Below are positions 33,969 through 44,736 of a stretch of 64,000 nucleotides of DNA, one piece after another; within the stretch, counting starts at the first letter, position 1, and each line of letters opens with the position of its first letter. This stretch comes from Histomonas meleagridis 2922-C6/04-290x. Lineage: Eukaryota > Protista > Parabasalia. The stretch spans positions 434,001 to 498,000 of the forward strand of contig JAANOX010000034.1 of the NCBI GenBank assembly GCA_020184695.1. Direction: 5' to 3'. The notes beneath the pieces are model-generated. The model ran no database searches, was not told where the DNA came from, and saw only the letters and a list, made by a program, of their open reading frames with translations. Made by a program: the position numbers and the translations under genes.

Positions 33969-34379
33969 TTAGTTGATAGGGACAAATTGCAGTTTTTTGG
34001 TCCACGATGCTTCATTTAATGGCCATGAAAGAGTTTTCGATGTTATGAAAACTGATTTTTCTGGTTGAGATACACGGAAAGCACGCACAAATATTTCAAG
34101 TTCATTAGAAATAATTATGTATTGTGATTTTGGCTTTTGAGAAAGTAAAACGCATAATTCCATAAAACTAAATTTAACAGCATCTTGACCAACAAACAAT
34201 TTTGTGTTACACATTCTCATTATAGTTTGAAGAGGCATTGAAAATTCTTTTGGTTCTGGTTGTAAAATTAATACATTTGTTGGTTTTATTCCATTTGTTA
34301 TCTTCATTATTGATTTCCAAATTGTAGTAGGTGACTTTGTTTCAGCACGGCAATCCCATAAAACTATGATCTCTGTCAT
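33969..34379 (-). CDS. Hypothetical protein (weak NYN/PIN-like N-terminus)
   Basis: 136-aa ATG ORF starting IIVLWD, with a YIIISNE strand; the family call is weak. Confidence 0.45.
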   Translation of the reverse strand: MTEIIVLWDCRAETKSPTTIWKSIMKITNGIKPTNVLILQPEPKEFSMPLQTIMRMCNTKLFVGQDAVKFSFMELCVLLSQKPKSQYIIISNELEIFVRAFRVSQPEKSVFITSKTLSWPLNEASWTKKLQFVPIN

Positions 34380-34465
34380 TAGGAAATTCTAAATATTAAA
34401 CGTACATTGATTTCACATAACATGTCTGGTTTTATCCAAATGTCACTTTTTTATTTTTGGATGTA

Positions 34466-37126
34466 ATGAGTTCATCCTCCACTTTCCATGTGAATGTAGC
34501 AATTCCTGGATATACAATATTAGAACTTTTGGACGAAACCTTAGATTCAATAAATGTTTTAGCTCAATCAAACAAAACAAAAAAGTTATTTTCCATACGA
34601 ATTTTTAATAATGATGAATCATCTCAAGGACTTATAAAACAAATGATTCGTTGGAATAAAAACATCCAAGAAAAAGATAAAGATGAAAATGGAAAAATTA
34701 GATCACCACAAGTTAATCGTTTTTTAAAATATGAAATATTTCAAGATGATTCATCAGAACATTATTTTGCATGTAGGACATTTGTGCCGAGGACAATTGA
34801 ATTTTTTTGTTCATTTGGTGATGATCTTTTTAATGATGAAAAACATGCAATTTGTCTTCAACTTGCACAAATATATAAATGTCTTAAAAACTCAGATGAA
34901 CTTTATCCTATTTTCCCATCTCGTCTAGTTCTTCATGATGATTTATTTTTACAACTAACAGATTTTTATGATCCTAATCCTATTGATGAAGAAGCATATA
35001 AACTTGGCTGGTTTAACCCAGGCGCAACAAACAAGCAATTTTTTATTAAGATTATCAAATGGATTTGGCACATCAAAAGTAACGAAGCATCAAAACGGTT
35101 AAAACTATACAAAAATTTGGATTCAAATTTTCTCGGCTGGGGCGCCCTGTTTATTAGGGCACACCGTCACAGCTCCGATACGAGCGGTTTACCGCCATTA
35201 ATTTCATTTGATATTAATCGAGCCAAGTCTCTATTAAACGATGCGCCATGTATTTGTTATGCGCTTACCAAAATGACCAATGTAATTGATGGGTTGACAA
35301 AACAAATGATTATTGAACGTGCATTATCTGTAGCATTAGAACTAATGACCATTGATATTGACATCATACAAGCTAATGTATTATTATTTGTTATTAAAAT
35401 CATCGAAAGAATCGGTTTTATATCGAGTGATCAAGAATCACGAAATCTTGATTTAAATCGTTTCACCAAATTTCTTGATAATGTTGCATCATCTAATCAT
35501 AAATCTGCGCGATTTACATTATATTGTTCACTTCCACACATTGTCAAACTATTGCCGATCGCCGATAGTAAAAATTTAATTGTTTATCTTGTAATATCAG
35601 CTGAAAAACACGAATCGTTTATATTCTGCACGCAATTTACGGAAACAATAAATTCATTAAAAGAAATAATTCCAATCGAACAATTTTATGAACTTAAATC
35701 ATTTGTCTGTCAAATGATTGACTTACTTAAAAAAAATGAATTTCTTTCTGATCCACTTTTACATTCATTAGCGTCACTTAATTCTTCGCTATATAATGTC
35801 GACACAGTCCTTTTAAGTATGCCGGAACAACTTCTGACTGTTCCTTCATTGCGTTACTTAATTTCTGTTGTTCGCTATGCTTCGCCGCCATTACGTTTTA
35901 GGTTCAACTTAATGTCGATATTAATGCCTGCACAATTATGTACGCTCGCATTAAAATATATCGAAATACTTAAGGAAATTACACCGAAAACAGATTTCGA
36001 TGCACTAATTCCACCAAATTTAATGGACATAACATTCCAAATTCCGGATGCTCCAACACCAAAAGATTTACGGAAATTAGAATTAATTAAACCTTTAATT
36101 ACTTCAACAGTTATCCAATTTAAACCTTCATTACCAAAGCAAATATCAATAATTCCACTTTCAACACATATAGTTTTACATATTACAAATTTAAAAGATT
36201 TTTCGTTGACATTTGATGGGAAATATTTTGCCTTTTGTACAGGAGATAGCGTCAAAATATATAATTCAAATTTAATATTCTCGTTCAAATTCACTGAATT
36301 CGAACAAGTAAAGCTTCCAAAGTCCACTTTTGTATACTCTATTTCAACGTTAAATGACAAAATATTATTTACGGCAAAAGAAGGAAATTATTATTCTCTT
36401 TATGAACATATTATTGGAGATACATCACGACCAAAACGAATAGTAAATTATACACAAGAAATATCATTTATCTCAAGTTTCGAAGAAGCCCTAATCTTAT
36501 TTATAATTTTTTGTAATGGCGATGTATATTATCGAAAAGGTAATTCATTGCCGTATTATTTCTTTAACATCCCAACAGATAAATATGGAACAATTATATC
36601 CGTGATAACATTACCAAATACGTCAAGATGTATCTTTGGTACTAATAAAGGATATATTTTCTTATACGATTTAAGATACAGATGTCCGCTTAGACAAACC
36701 CGACCATCGAATCGTCCCGCGTATCTTGCAGCAAATGATTCACATTCGTTTTGGGTAACATGTGGACCATTTGTCGCGAAAATTAATGTCGAAATGACAA
36801 AAATAATTTTATCGATTTCATATTTGCCGACACATATAATTCGATGCTGTTGCGTAAAAGGATTTTTAATGCTGTTCCATTCCGATTATTCGGTTCACGC
36901 AATGTCTGAGAACTCATTAATCGATATGAATACAATGAATAATAATTTGAAATGCGCAAAAGTTGATAATAATTATATAAACATCGAACAACATGATACA
37001 AATCATTATCATAAAGAAAATATAATAATAGCAAAAGGTTCACATGGAACTTCTTCGGCTGTGTCTTATGATGAAAGCGGAAGATTGGTGATTTGGCCAA
37101 ACCCGGGTTACGCGAAATATAAATAA
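34466..37126 (+). CDS. Vps15/PIK3R4-like protein (degenerate kinase + helical region + WD40)
   Basis: N-terminal kinase-like lobe, central HEAT-like helices and C-terminal beta repeats including CIFGTNKGYIFLYDLRY, which resembles the Vps15 GTxxG...WDLRF motif. First ATG is at 34466. Confidence 0.5.
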   Translation: MSSSSTFHVNVAIPGYTILELLDETLDSINVLAQSNKTKKLFSIRIFNNDESSQGLIKQMIRWNKNIQEKDKDENGKIRSPQVNRFLKYEIFQDDSSEHYFACRTFVPRTIEFFCSFGDDLFNDEKHAICLQLAQIYKCLKNSDELYPIFPSRLVLHDDLFLQLTDFYDPNPIDEEAYKLGWFNPGATNKQFFIKIIKWIWHIKSNEASKRLKLYKNLDSNFLGWGALFIRAHRHSSDTSGLPPLISFDINRAKSLLNDAPCICYALTKMTNVIDGLTKQMIIERALSVALELMTIDIDIIQANVLLFVIKIIERIGFISSDQESRNLDLNRFTKFLDNVASSNHKSARFTLYCSLPHIVKLLPIADSKNLIVYLVISAEKHESFIFCTQFTETINSLKEIIPIEQFYELKSFVCQMIDLLKKNEFLSDPLLHSLASLNSSLYNVDTVLLSMPEQLLTVPSLRYLISVVRYASPPLRFRFNLMSILMPAQLCTLALKYIEILKEITPKTDFDALIPPNLMDITFQIPDAPTPKDLRKLELIKPLITSTVIQFKPSLPKQISIIPLSTHIVLHITNLKDFSLTFDGKYFAFCTGDSVKIYNSNLIFSFKFTEFEQVKLPKSTFVYSISTLNDKILFTAKEGNYYSLYEHIIGDTSRPKRIVNYTQEISFISSFEEALILFIIFCNGDVYYRKGNSLPYYFFNIPTDKYGTIISVITLPNTSRCIFGTNKGYIFLYDLRYRCPLRQTRPSNRPAYLAANDSHSFWVTCGPFVAKINVEMTKIILSISYLPTHIIRCCCVKGFLMLFHSDYSVHAMSENSLIDMNTMNNNLKCAKVDNNYINIEQHDTNHYHKENIIIAKGSHGTSSAVSYDESGRLVIWPNPGYAKYK

Positions 37127-37854
37127 TACATATTCTGTTTCTGTTTTTTAAATTATGTGATAATTTTATATATCCGAATAAATATTTTCTTTCAATAAAT
37201 CCATATAAATATTTTCCTTTAAAGTTCTATAATAACCTTTTATGATTCAATAAAAATGAAATTAAAGAAATATCAATTAACAATTTATTTTTAGAGTTGG
37301 CTTAAACAAAAGACAAGTCAACAATTTAATTGACAACTTGTTCTAAATGATAATAACTTAAATTCGGCGTTTTGTTCTCACCAAATGAAAAAGAAATTCA
37401 GGCAATGTTGAACAACAGGAAACTTCCAAGAAATTTATCAACACTTGGATGGACTAAATTTGGACAACTTATAAAGCTGTAAGGCGATACATTTATAATT
37501 AGTTGCATTAGGAGGACATTTTGTTTTTATATCTGTGTCTGAATATGCATATATTATCGAATTTGTTGATGTTAAAATACTTTTATACGAATAGTAATAA
37601 GAAGAAACATGTGTATGCGAACTTGCATACAAGTGTAAGTTCACTTGTGTATATGAAGATGATGAAGTAATCGTGCTTGAATATTGACTTGCATTTCGAA
37701 AATTATTGTATCATTCATTAGATTCAGTAATAATTTGATTTCAAGAACTTTATCAATTATTTTGAGCTATTATTTAAATGTCTTTACATAGTTACATAAA
37801 TTTAATGAATATTTTACTTGTTTTTGCGTTGGGTTCAACTGTGTTGATCAAGAA

Positions 37855-38090
37855 TGGTATTTTTATCGTCTACCTATCGTTTACATATCGTTCTCTATCG
37901 TATTCACTTTTTATCGTTATAACAATAGAGAACGATAGCAAAAGTAAACTATACAAAAATCATTTTGTCACTTTTTGAATTTTAAAAGAAATTTCTCTCA
38001 TCTTAACTTGAATATAACATAACATTTATATTAAATTATAACATCACTTATATACATATATTATATATACTTGATGACTAGATCCTATAC
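37855..38090. repeat. Diverged relative of the R1 3' block
   Basis: Shares the order TATCGT cluster, AAAC.AT.CAAAA, TTTTGTCACTTTTTG, AAATT..TCTC, TTTATATTAA, TATATATTATATAT with 8730-8900. Confidence 0.55.
37864..37937. promoter_or_regulatory. Cluster of putative Myb-recognition elements
   Basis: TATCGT at 37864, 37875, 37886, 37896 and 37912, plus AGAACGATA at 37929-37937. These match the MRE-2f (TATCGT) and MRE-1 (ANAACGATA) elements of T. vaginalis. About 260 bp upstream of the bromodomain gene. Confidence 0.5.
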
Positions 38091-38194
38091 TATTCCTGTA
38101 TAAAGAAGTAATGTTTTTAGCTTTACTCTAGTATTGACAGGGGTGTCCCGATAGTCAGCCGTTTATTTCCACTTTTGCCGCTTTTTCAAATGAA

Positions 38195-38893
38195 ATGTTA
38201 TGTGAAAAAGATATCTCGGGAGCAATGACTGTCATGAATGATGAGCTCTATGAAAAATGCAATGAAATAATTCAGGAAATAATTGATAACCCTTTAGCAG
38301 ATATTTTTGTGGATCCTGTTGATACCACTATTGTTACTGATTATCTAAAAGTTATTAAGGATCCTCAGGATTTATCAACAATAAAAAAACGACTAGAAAA
38401 AAAGGAATACTACACATTGGATTCCTTTCTAAATGAAACAAACTTGGTCTGGGATAATGCCGTTAAATATAATGGTCAAGGAACACTTTATGCAGAAATA
38501 GCAATATATTTTTCTAAAAAATTCAATAAAAAAATTAATGGATTGCCAGGCCGTGGTACTATCCATTGGATAAATAGAGTTAACTTTTTAATTCGTAAAA
38601 TTAATAATTTGGTCGTAAAAGCTCCAAAGGAAATCCGTCAAACGCCGTACAGGCAAGATCAAAATCCCAAATCGTTTAAAGAGTTTGTTAGAGCTTCAAA
38701 AAGGTTTACGTCCAAATCAGATATATCTCAAATTTTACAGATCCTTAATGCTTATGGTATAGATTACAATAAAGAAACAAGTGGGAGACTTGATATAAGG
38801 CTGAGTGATCTCCCTCCGGTTGCATTCAGAGCATTAGAAAAATTTGCTAAAGAAAAATATGCTGAACAAGGAATCGAATACCCAAAGGTATGA
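38195..38893 (+). CDS. Bromodomain protein with ET-like C-terminal domain
   Basis: PLADIFVDPVD....DYLKVIKDPQDLSTIKKRL...Y....F..E..LVWDNAVKYN; C-terminal LDIRLSDLP...FRALEKF. Confidence 0.9.
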   Translation: MLCEKDISGAMTVMNDELYEKCNEIIQEIIDNPLADIFVDPVDTTIVTDYLKVIKDPQDLSTIKKRLEKKEYYTLDSFLNETNLVWDNAVKYNGQGTLYAEIAIYFSKKFNKKINGLPGRGTIHWINRVNFLIRKINNLVVKAPKEIRQTPYRQDQNPKSFKEFVRASKRFTSKSDISQILQILNAYGIDYNKETSGRLDIRLSDLPPVAFRALEKFAKEKYAEQGIEYPKV

Positions 38894-41226
38894 AGCTGCT
38901 TCATCACAACACGTATTTTGTAAATAAATTAATATGTTTTAAATTTTGGATACATTAAAAATGCCGAAAAGTATTTGAATTATTATAAAGAGTTTTTCTA
39001 TGTAATAAAATTTAAATATAAAATATCAAAAATTATTTTCAAACATCATCTCTTTCATTAACATTAAATCCTTTTTTCTTAATTAAATATTGTATGAAAA
39101 AATTTGAAGTATGAATGTCATCATATCAAGGTAGGAGTGATTATAAATAAAGAGGAAATAATTCATTATTTAATGAATTTTCTTATTTAAATTGGTCAAC
39201 ACCTCAAAAGTTTATACATCAATTTTGTTAATAGATGTCGGTATAACAATTTCTGCTCATGAAGTACAATCTCCAAATGCATTATCACCAGTTTCTGTGC
39301 GTGTGATTTTGAATTCATCCCAAATTGATGGTACCACCCTAAAAATAAAAATAAATTCAATTTTGAAATGCCTCAAACCATTTTGTACATTTACTTAAAA
39401 CCGTCTAAAGCGAACTGTAGTAAATGGAGATAAAGAATTCGACTTTTTTATATTTCGATATTGTCTAACAATATAGATTAGATTTTTTTCATCCCTTTAA
39501 TATTTTGTTTGGTTTGTGTATATATAACACAAAAAAGCATATGATTTGAAGTGCCACCCTATATGTTTATGGATATAAATGAATCTTAAAAATATTTTTT
39601 GGTAAAATCGACGTAAAATTTTTTTTCTTGAACTTCAAAAACAAATAAAATAATTATTGACTCCGCTTCAACTCATTTTCTTCAATAAACATATTAAAAT
39701 TAAAAACGTTTTTTTACTTAAATTTTACATCGATTCATTCTTATATATCAGATAAAGTATAATCATAGCCATTTATCAGCTTCATCAGCAAGTTCTGTAT
39801 TTAATTCTTGTTCAACAAATTCTGTTTGTTTATCTTTATCATATGATTCATCATGATGACTCTTCATGATATAAACTTTTATTTGATTTTAATGATTTTC
39901 GCTTTGAACTATATCGAATTAAGAAAATTACAATTGCAGCAATTAATATAACAAATACAACAGAACCACAAGTAATTCCAATTATAACTTCTTTCGAAAG
40001 TTCGAAGAATTGGAAAAAATGCAATTTTCATTATTTTGTGTATGCAGCATGTTTTGAATGGGAAAATGCGATACATAGCATAAATAAGGATTGTGCCGAA
40101 TGTTACTCGAAAAATTTTAACTTTTCCCATTGTTAGGAGCATATTTTTCAAATTTTTCACAAAAAACCCAATCAAAACGGTGTTCGATGGGCTTTTTTCT
40201 GGTAATTTGGAAGTTTTCAGTGCAAATTTTAAGTCAACTTTTATAAAAATGTTAATCAATTTCGATCTAAATGATCTTGTTTAATTTTTTCAGAACTTTA
40301 TCTGCAACCTATGGAGAATTGTTAATTGTGCAGTTTAAATTAATTTTGAATGCATTCACGAGAACCCGCACAAAAAACCGTTGTTGAACACTTTTTAAGA
40401 ACATATGATTACTTTTGAAAGAAATTCGATAGTTTGTTCTTAAGGATTTTTGGGTTGAGTAAACTTGTTAAAAAGTCAAAACAAGGCATTGAATTTTCTT
40501 TTATAAATTTAGGGCTCGGGATGTTGAATTAATGGTTCAATGATTTGGAACAAGCATCCTAACAAAAACTTCCAGCAAACTACAAATTTGGGAGGTGTGC
40601 GGTTGACAAAAAAAATTGATATTTTGATAAAGTATTTTTTGAACTGAAAATACAGCGTTTTTACCCGTGTATTCTTTTTTCTTGTTTCAGGGCTATGTCA
40701 ATGTGCTACGGTCAACACAATACATTATGCGTTTGCTGGAAACCCCTCTTTCATTGAAATGACTTTTGAATTAATATTTTGTCCAACGGATTTTTGGAAC
40801 CAGCCTGTGACCGTTAACAAAAAACTTGAAAGCAATTCAGGTGATATTGAATTTTGGTAATGTTAAAAAAAGTACAAAAAAACAAAAAATTCCAAACATG
40901 CTGTGAATACTTTTGGTCAAACATTATGATGCATCGTCTCAAATCCTTTCCCAAAGTTTGCTATTATTTTTCTTGAATCAAATAAAATTATGTAAAAATC
41001 TCTATTTCATATATGTGTAAAAGTAATTTTTCAGAAGAAAGGTTTCAACCAAGGTTAAATATATTTATAATTTGCAACACCATTTTACAAACAAAGAAAG
41101 TGAATTTTTGAATTAAATATTCTGACAATAAATAGGCAAATTTTAAACAACTTTTTTCTGTTAATCTCGAAATGCCAAAAAATATTGAGAAAGAAAACAA
41201 ATGGCAACTGAAATGACATTCCATTT

Positions 41227-42072
41227 ATGACCGAGTCTGAGAGATTCAAGGAGATAATTGAGAAGGTCAAAAATCAAGAAATGACTAAAGATGAAGGACT
41301 TGCTGCGCTTAAGCAAATAGATTATAGTAAATTCAACATGGTTGAAATTAAGAATTCCACTTCTCTTCTTCATGAAGATTGGATTCCTAAAGATTTCTCA
41401 GTTGGTGTCCTGAAAGGTTGGATGCGTATGCAAGACCAAGTCCTTCTTCAAATTCGCTCTTTTCTCTTCTTGAAACCCACAATCAGCAAAGAGCAACTTA
41501 CAGGGTATGCAGTAGGCATCAAGTCTCCATCAAGTCATAACGAGAATGAACTTGTTGTTCAAAACATCATTGAGAAAATTGGTAATGCTGGCGAATCCCG
41601 TGAATACATCAATCCATTTGATCAAGGTCTTATCTATGCAGAGGCCTCTAACGCATCTACAGACCAAGCGCACCACATTTCCAAGCTTTTCACCCTTGAT
41701 AATACCTATTTCTCTTCAGCTCCGTTACAAAATACTTCTTTCACAGTTGCTCTTCCACCATTCCTTACTGCCAAACTCACATCATACACACTTTGGGGCC
41801 CACCAAGAATGAACCAAAAGGCTCAAGGAGGACCTTCTTCTTGGATTTTATATGGATCAAATGATAATATAACTTTCCATAAAATCGACGACCAGACAAG
41901 TAACCAAGATCTCAACAAAGAGGACGCCTGCGCAACATTTCAAGTTTCAACAAATTCATATTATCGATTTTTCAAATTTGTTATCTCTGGAGTAAGCCAC
42001 TTGAATAACTGGTCCATTCACTTGAAGAGGTTCGACATTTCTGGCATCCTCCTAATTGCTAATAATAAATAA
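41227..42072 (+). CDS. Protein with C-terminal F5/8 type C (discoidin-like) domain
   Basis: LTSYTL...PSSWILYGSNDN..FHKIDDQ....DL......TF.V....YYRFFKF, typical of the trichomonad F5/8C family. Confidence 0.7.
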   Translation: MTESERFKEIIEKVKNQEMTKDEGLAALKQIDYSKFNMVEIKNSTSLLHEDWIPKDFSVGVLKGWMRMQDQVLLQIRSFLFLKPTISKEQLTGYAVGIKSPSSHNENELVVQNIIEKIGNAGESREYINPFDQGLIYAEASNASTDQAHHISKLFTLDNTYFSSAPLQNTSFTVALPPFLTAKLTSYTLWGPPRMNQKAQGGPSSWILYGSNDNITFHKIDDQTSNQDLNKEDACATFQVSTNSYYRFFKFVISGVSHLNNWSIHLKRFDISGILLIANNK

Positions 42073-42507
42073 GAACCTAATTTTCATTAATTTTTTAAAT
42101 TCAAGCAATTGCCACTTTTCAATTTATGTCACTTTTTTGTATAAGTGATTGGTTGTGAATAACTTTGAAGTTCTCTTATTCCAGCAGCATATTTTATATT
42201 ACACAGGGAATCAGATGAAATATTTATATTATTTCAAACATTAAATATTTAAGTAAAATGAAAATGTTCAAAGTTTTTTGGAGATCATTCATCGATAGTT
42301 CAAACTTACAAAAGCGCAAGCAAACATCTTTTCCCATTAAACTTGGAAAAGGTTTTATAAGTGTTTTGTCACTAAGTAATGCAAAACATTTTACTAATTA
42401 TCTAAACCTTTTTATTGTACTTAGTTTTGAATTCTCAATAATTTTTGTAGCTTTAACTTTATTTATACAAAGCATTTTATTGAATAAAATTGAGGAAAAA
42501 AAAAATT

Positions 42508-43600
42508 ATTTTTCTTTAATGTTTGGTCTGTTTTACATAAATACTTTTCAAACATTTGATGATTCTACAAATACACTTACAATAACAAATGAAAGTGAAT
42601 TTAATCAAAAAATATATCAAAATATTACAGAACATATTACAGAACATATTTTTTGGATACCAGATAATTCATGTTTTATTGGAAGAGAATTATTTAAGTT
42701 AACATTAGTAATTCAGTTTATTATATTGTAAATTCAACATTTTTATCAAGTTCTTAGAAATTATTAATTTTGGTGATAATTTAACATCAATTGGAAATTC
42801 AGCATTTTGGAATTGCGATTCATTAAAAATTATTAAATTAAATGAAAATTTAACATCAATAGGAAATTCAGCATTTTATTACTGTTCTTCATTAAATAAT
42901 ATTATATTCCAAATTCATTAACTTCAATTGTAATTAATATATTTGAAAATTGTTATCAACTTGGAAATATTCGAATCAAAGAAAACAATGTTTAATATTT
43001 AAATTATCAAGAAGATAGTCAAATATAGATAGTCATTCATTTGTTAATATTTCAACTAATATTGTTTTTGTTCCATTAACATATTTAAATGAAACATTTG
43101 GCTTATTAAATATTGTCAAAGGATTAACGAATGAATGTCAAATATTAATTACATACACATTTTCTAATTCGCATACATATTCACAATCGAATACATTTTC
43201 TAGTTCGAATACTTTCAGTCAAAGTAATATATTTACCAAATCATTAAAAATAAATTCTTTATTAACATTTGTAAGTACTTTAACATATTTATATTATATC
43301 ACGCAAACAATATCAATTGATAATAATAATTATATATATAATAAGTTCATTTATATTTTTATACATTAAATCATCACATACATATATTGAATCAGGATTT
43401 AATAATTATAATTATACAACCATTTTCTATTCAACTTATTATAGTTGTTATTCTTATTGTTTTACAATTTCATTTTCAAATGATTTTCAAACGAATGAAA
43501 ATCAACATGTAATTATCATTTCTGTTTGTGTTGTTACTGTCATTTCATTACTTGTTATTCTTTTAGTTAGAATCAGACATTAAAAACATTTAAGTGAAGA
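42508..43600 (+). pseudogene. Frameshifted BspA-like surface protein with Ser/Thr stalk and TM
   Basis: Fragments in different frames: LEIINFGDNLTSIGNSAFWNCDSLKIIKLNENLTSIGNSAFYYCSSL, HTFSSSNTFSQSN and VIIISVCVVTVISLLVILLVRIR; several stops and frameshifts. Confidence 0.75.
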
Positions 43601-43725
43601 ACGAGAGAAAGAGAACATTGAACAAAACAATGTTGAAATCAAAAACACATTTCAAAAATACATTCACAACTAATATGGATGAAGACCCATTTGCTGATGA
43701 TTATAAAGAAAAATTTAGAAGTTAG

Positions 43726-43727
<2 letters not shown>

Positions 43728-43760
<33 letters not shown>
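43728..43760. repeat. (AT)n microsatellite
   Basis: About 33 bp of alternating AT. Confidence 0.95.
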
Positions 43761-43765
<5 letters not shown>

Positions 43766-44072
43766 AATCTAAAATGCTATAACTTGTTTATATATTTTAA
43801 TATATGCAAATATGTAATATGTGTGAAAAGCCTTCTACCTGAGTGTATATATAAATTTTAGATAGCTAATAGGATGAATGTTGGATACAAAATAATTTTT
43901 ATCACATAATTGTGAACAAGAATTTAATGATGAGAGATAATTTGTTATATTAAGAAATTTGATGATCTTTTCCTAATAATTTGTTATGTTAAAAATTTAT
44001 AAAAGTTATTGACATATAATATATTTTTAATCACACAAAGATATATTCGCAATAAAACATTTTATATGAAAT

Positions 44073-44640
44073 TCAGTTAATTTCATCGTTGACTTCTTCG
44101 TCCGAATTATTTTCATCACTTATTTCTTCATTTTCTTCTTCATCGGCGTTAACAATTGTTTCGTCAACAGAATGAATTTCGTTTTCGTTTTTGTCCGATT
44201 CATTTTCATCATCTTCTAATTGGAGTTGGTCATTTTCTGCATTATCACTTACTTCTTCGATTGTTTCGTCTTCGAAGTTTGCTGTTCTCTGATTTGATTT
44301 CTCCAGCACCATTAACTTCTTCGATTTTATCATCTTCTGAATGATTTTTTTCGTTATCATTGTTTTCGCTGATTTATTCTTTTTCTGATTGAATTTCTTC
44401 GATTATTTCATCTTTCGTATGAAGTTTGCTGTTCTCCGTTTTGACTTCTTCAATCTCTGATTTAATTTCATCATCGTTTTCTCGTCTGTTTCGATTTCTT
44501 CGATTTCTGTTTTGTTTCGCTCTTTTCAATTTGAATTTCATCTATTTCATCTTTGTCAGAATCAAATTTATTAATTTCCGATTTGTTTTCTTCCTTTTCA
44601 TCTGTTTCTGATTTCTCAGATTTGATTTCTTCATTATCCG
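44073..44640 (-). pseudogene. Disrupted acidic (E/D/N/K) low-complexity coding remnant
   Basis: Acidic reading (e.g. DNEEIKSEKSETDEKEENKSE...; EDETIEEVSDNAENDQ) switches frames several times. Confidence 0.45.
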
Positions 44641-44736
44641 AATGAATTTCTCAAATTGATTTTGTTTTGCTCACCACTTTTCGCATAAAGTATTCATTTC
44701 AACGATGTAAAACATACAATCTATTTTATTCACAAG

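Noticed and set aside
39192-41100. Possible transposon remnant or short ORFs in a 2-kb non-coding stretch
   Set aside because: I found no terminal inverted repeats, target-site duplication or recognisable transposase motif by eye.
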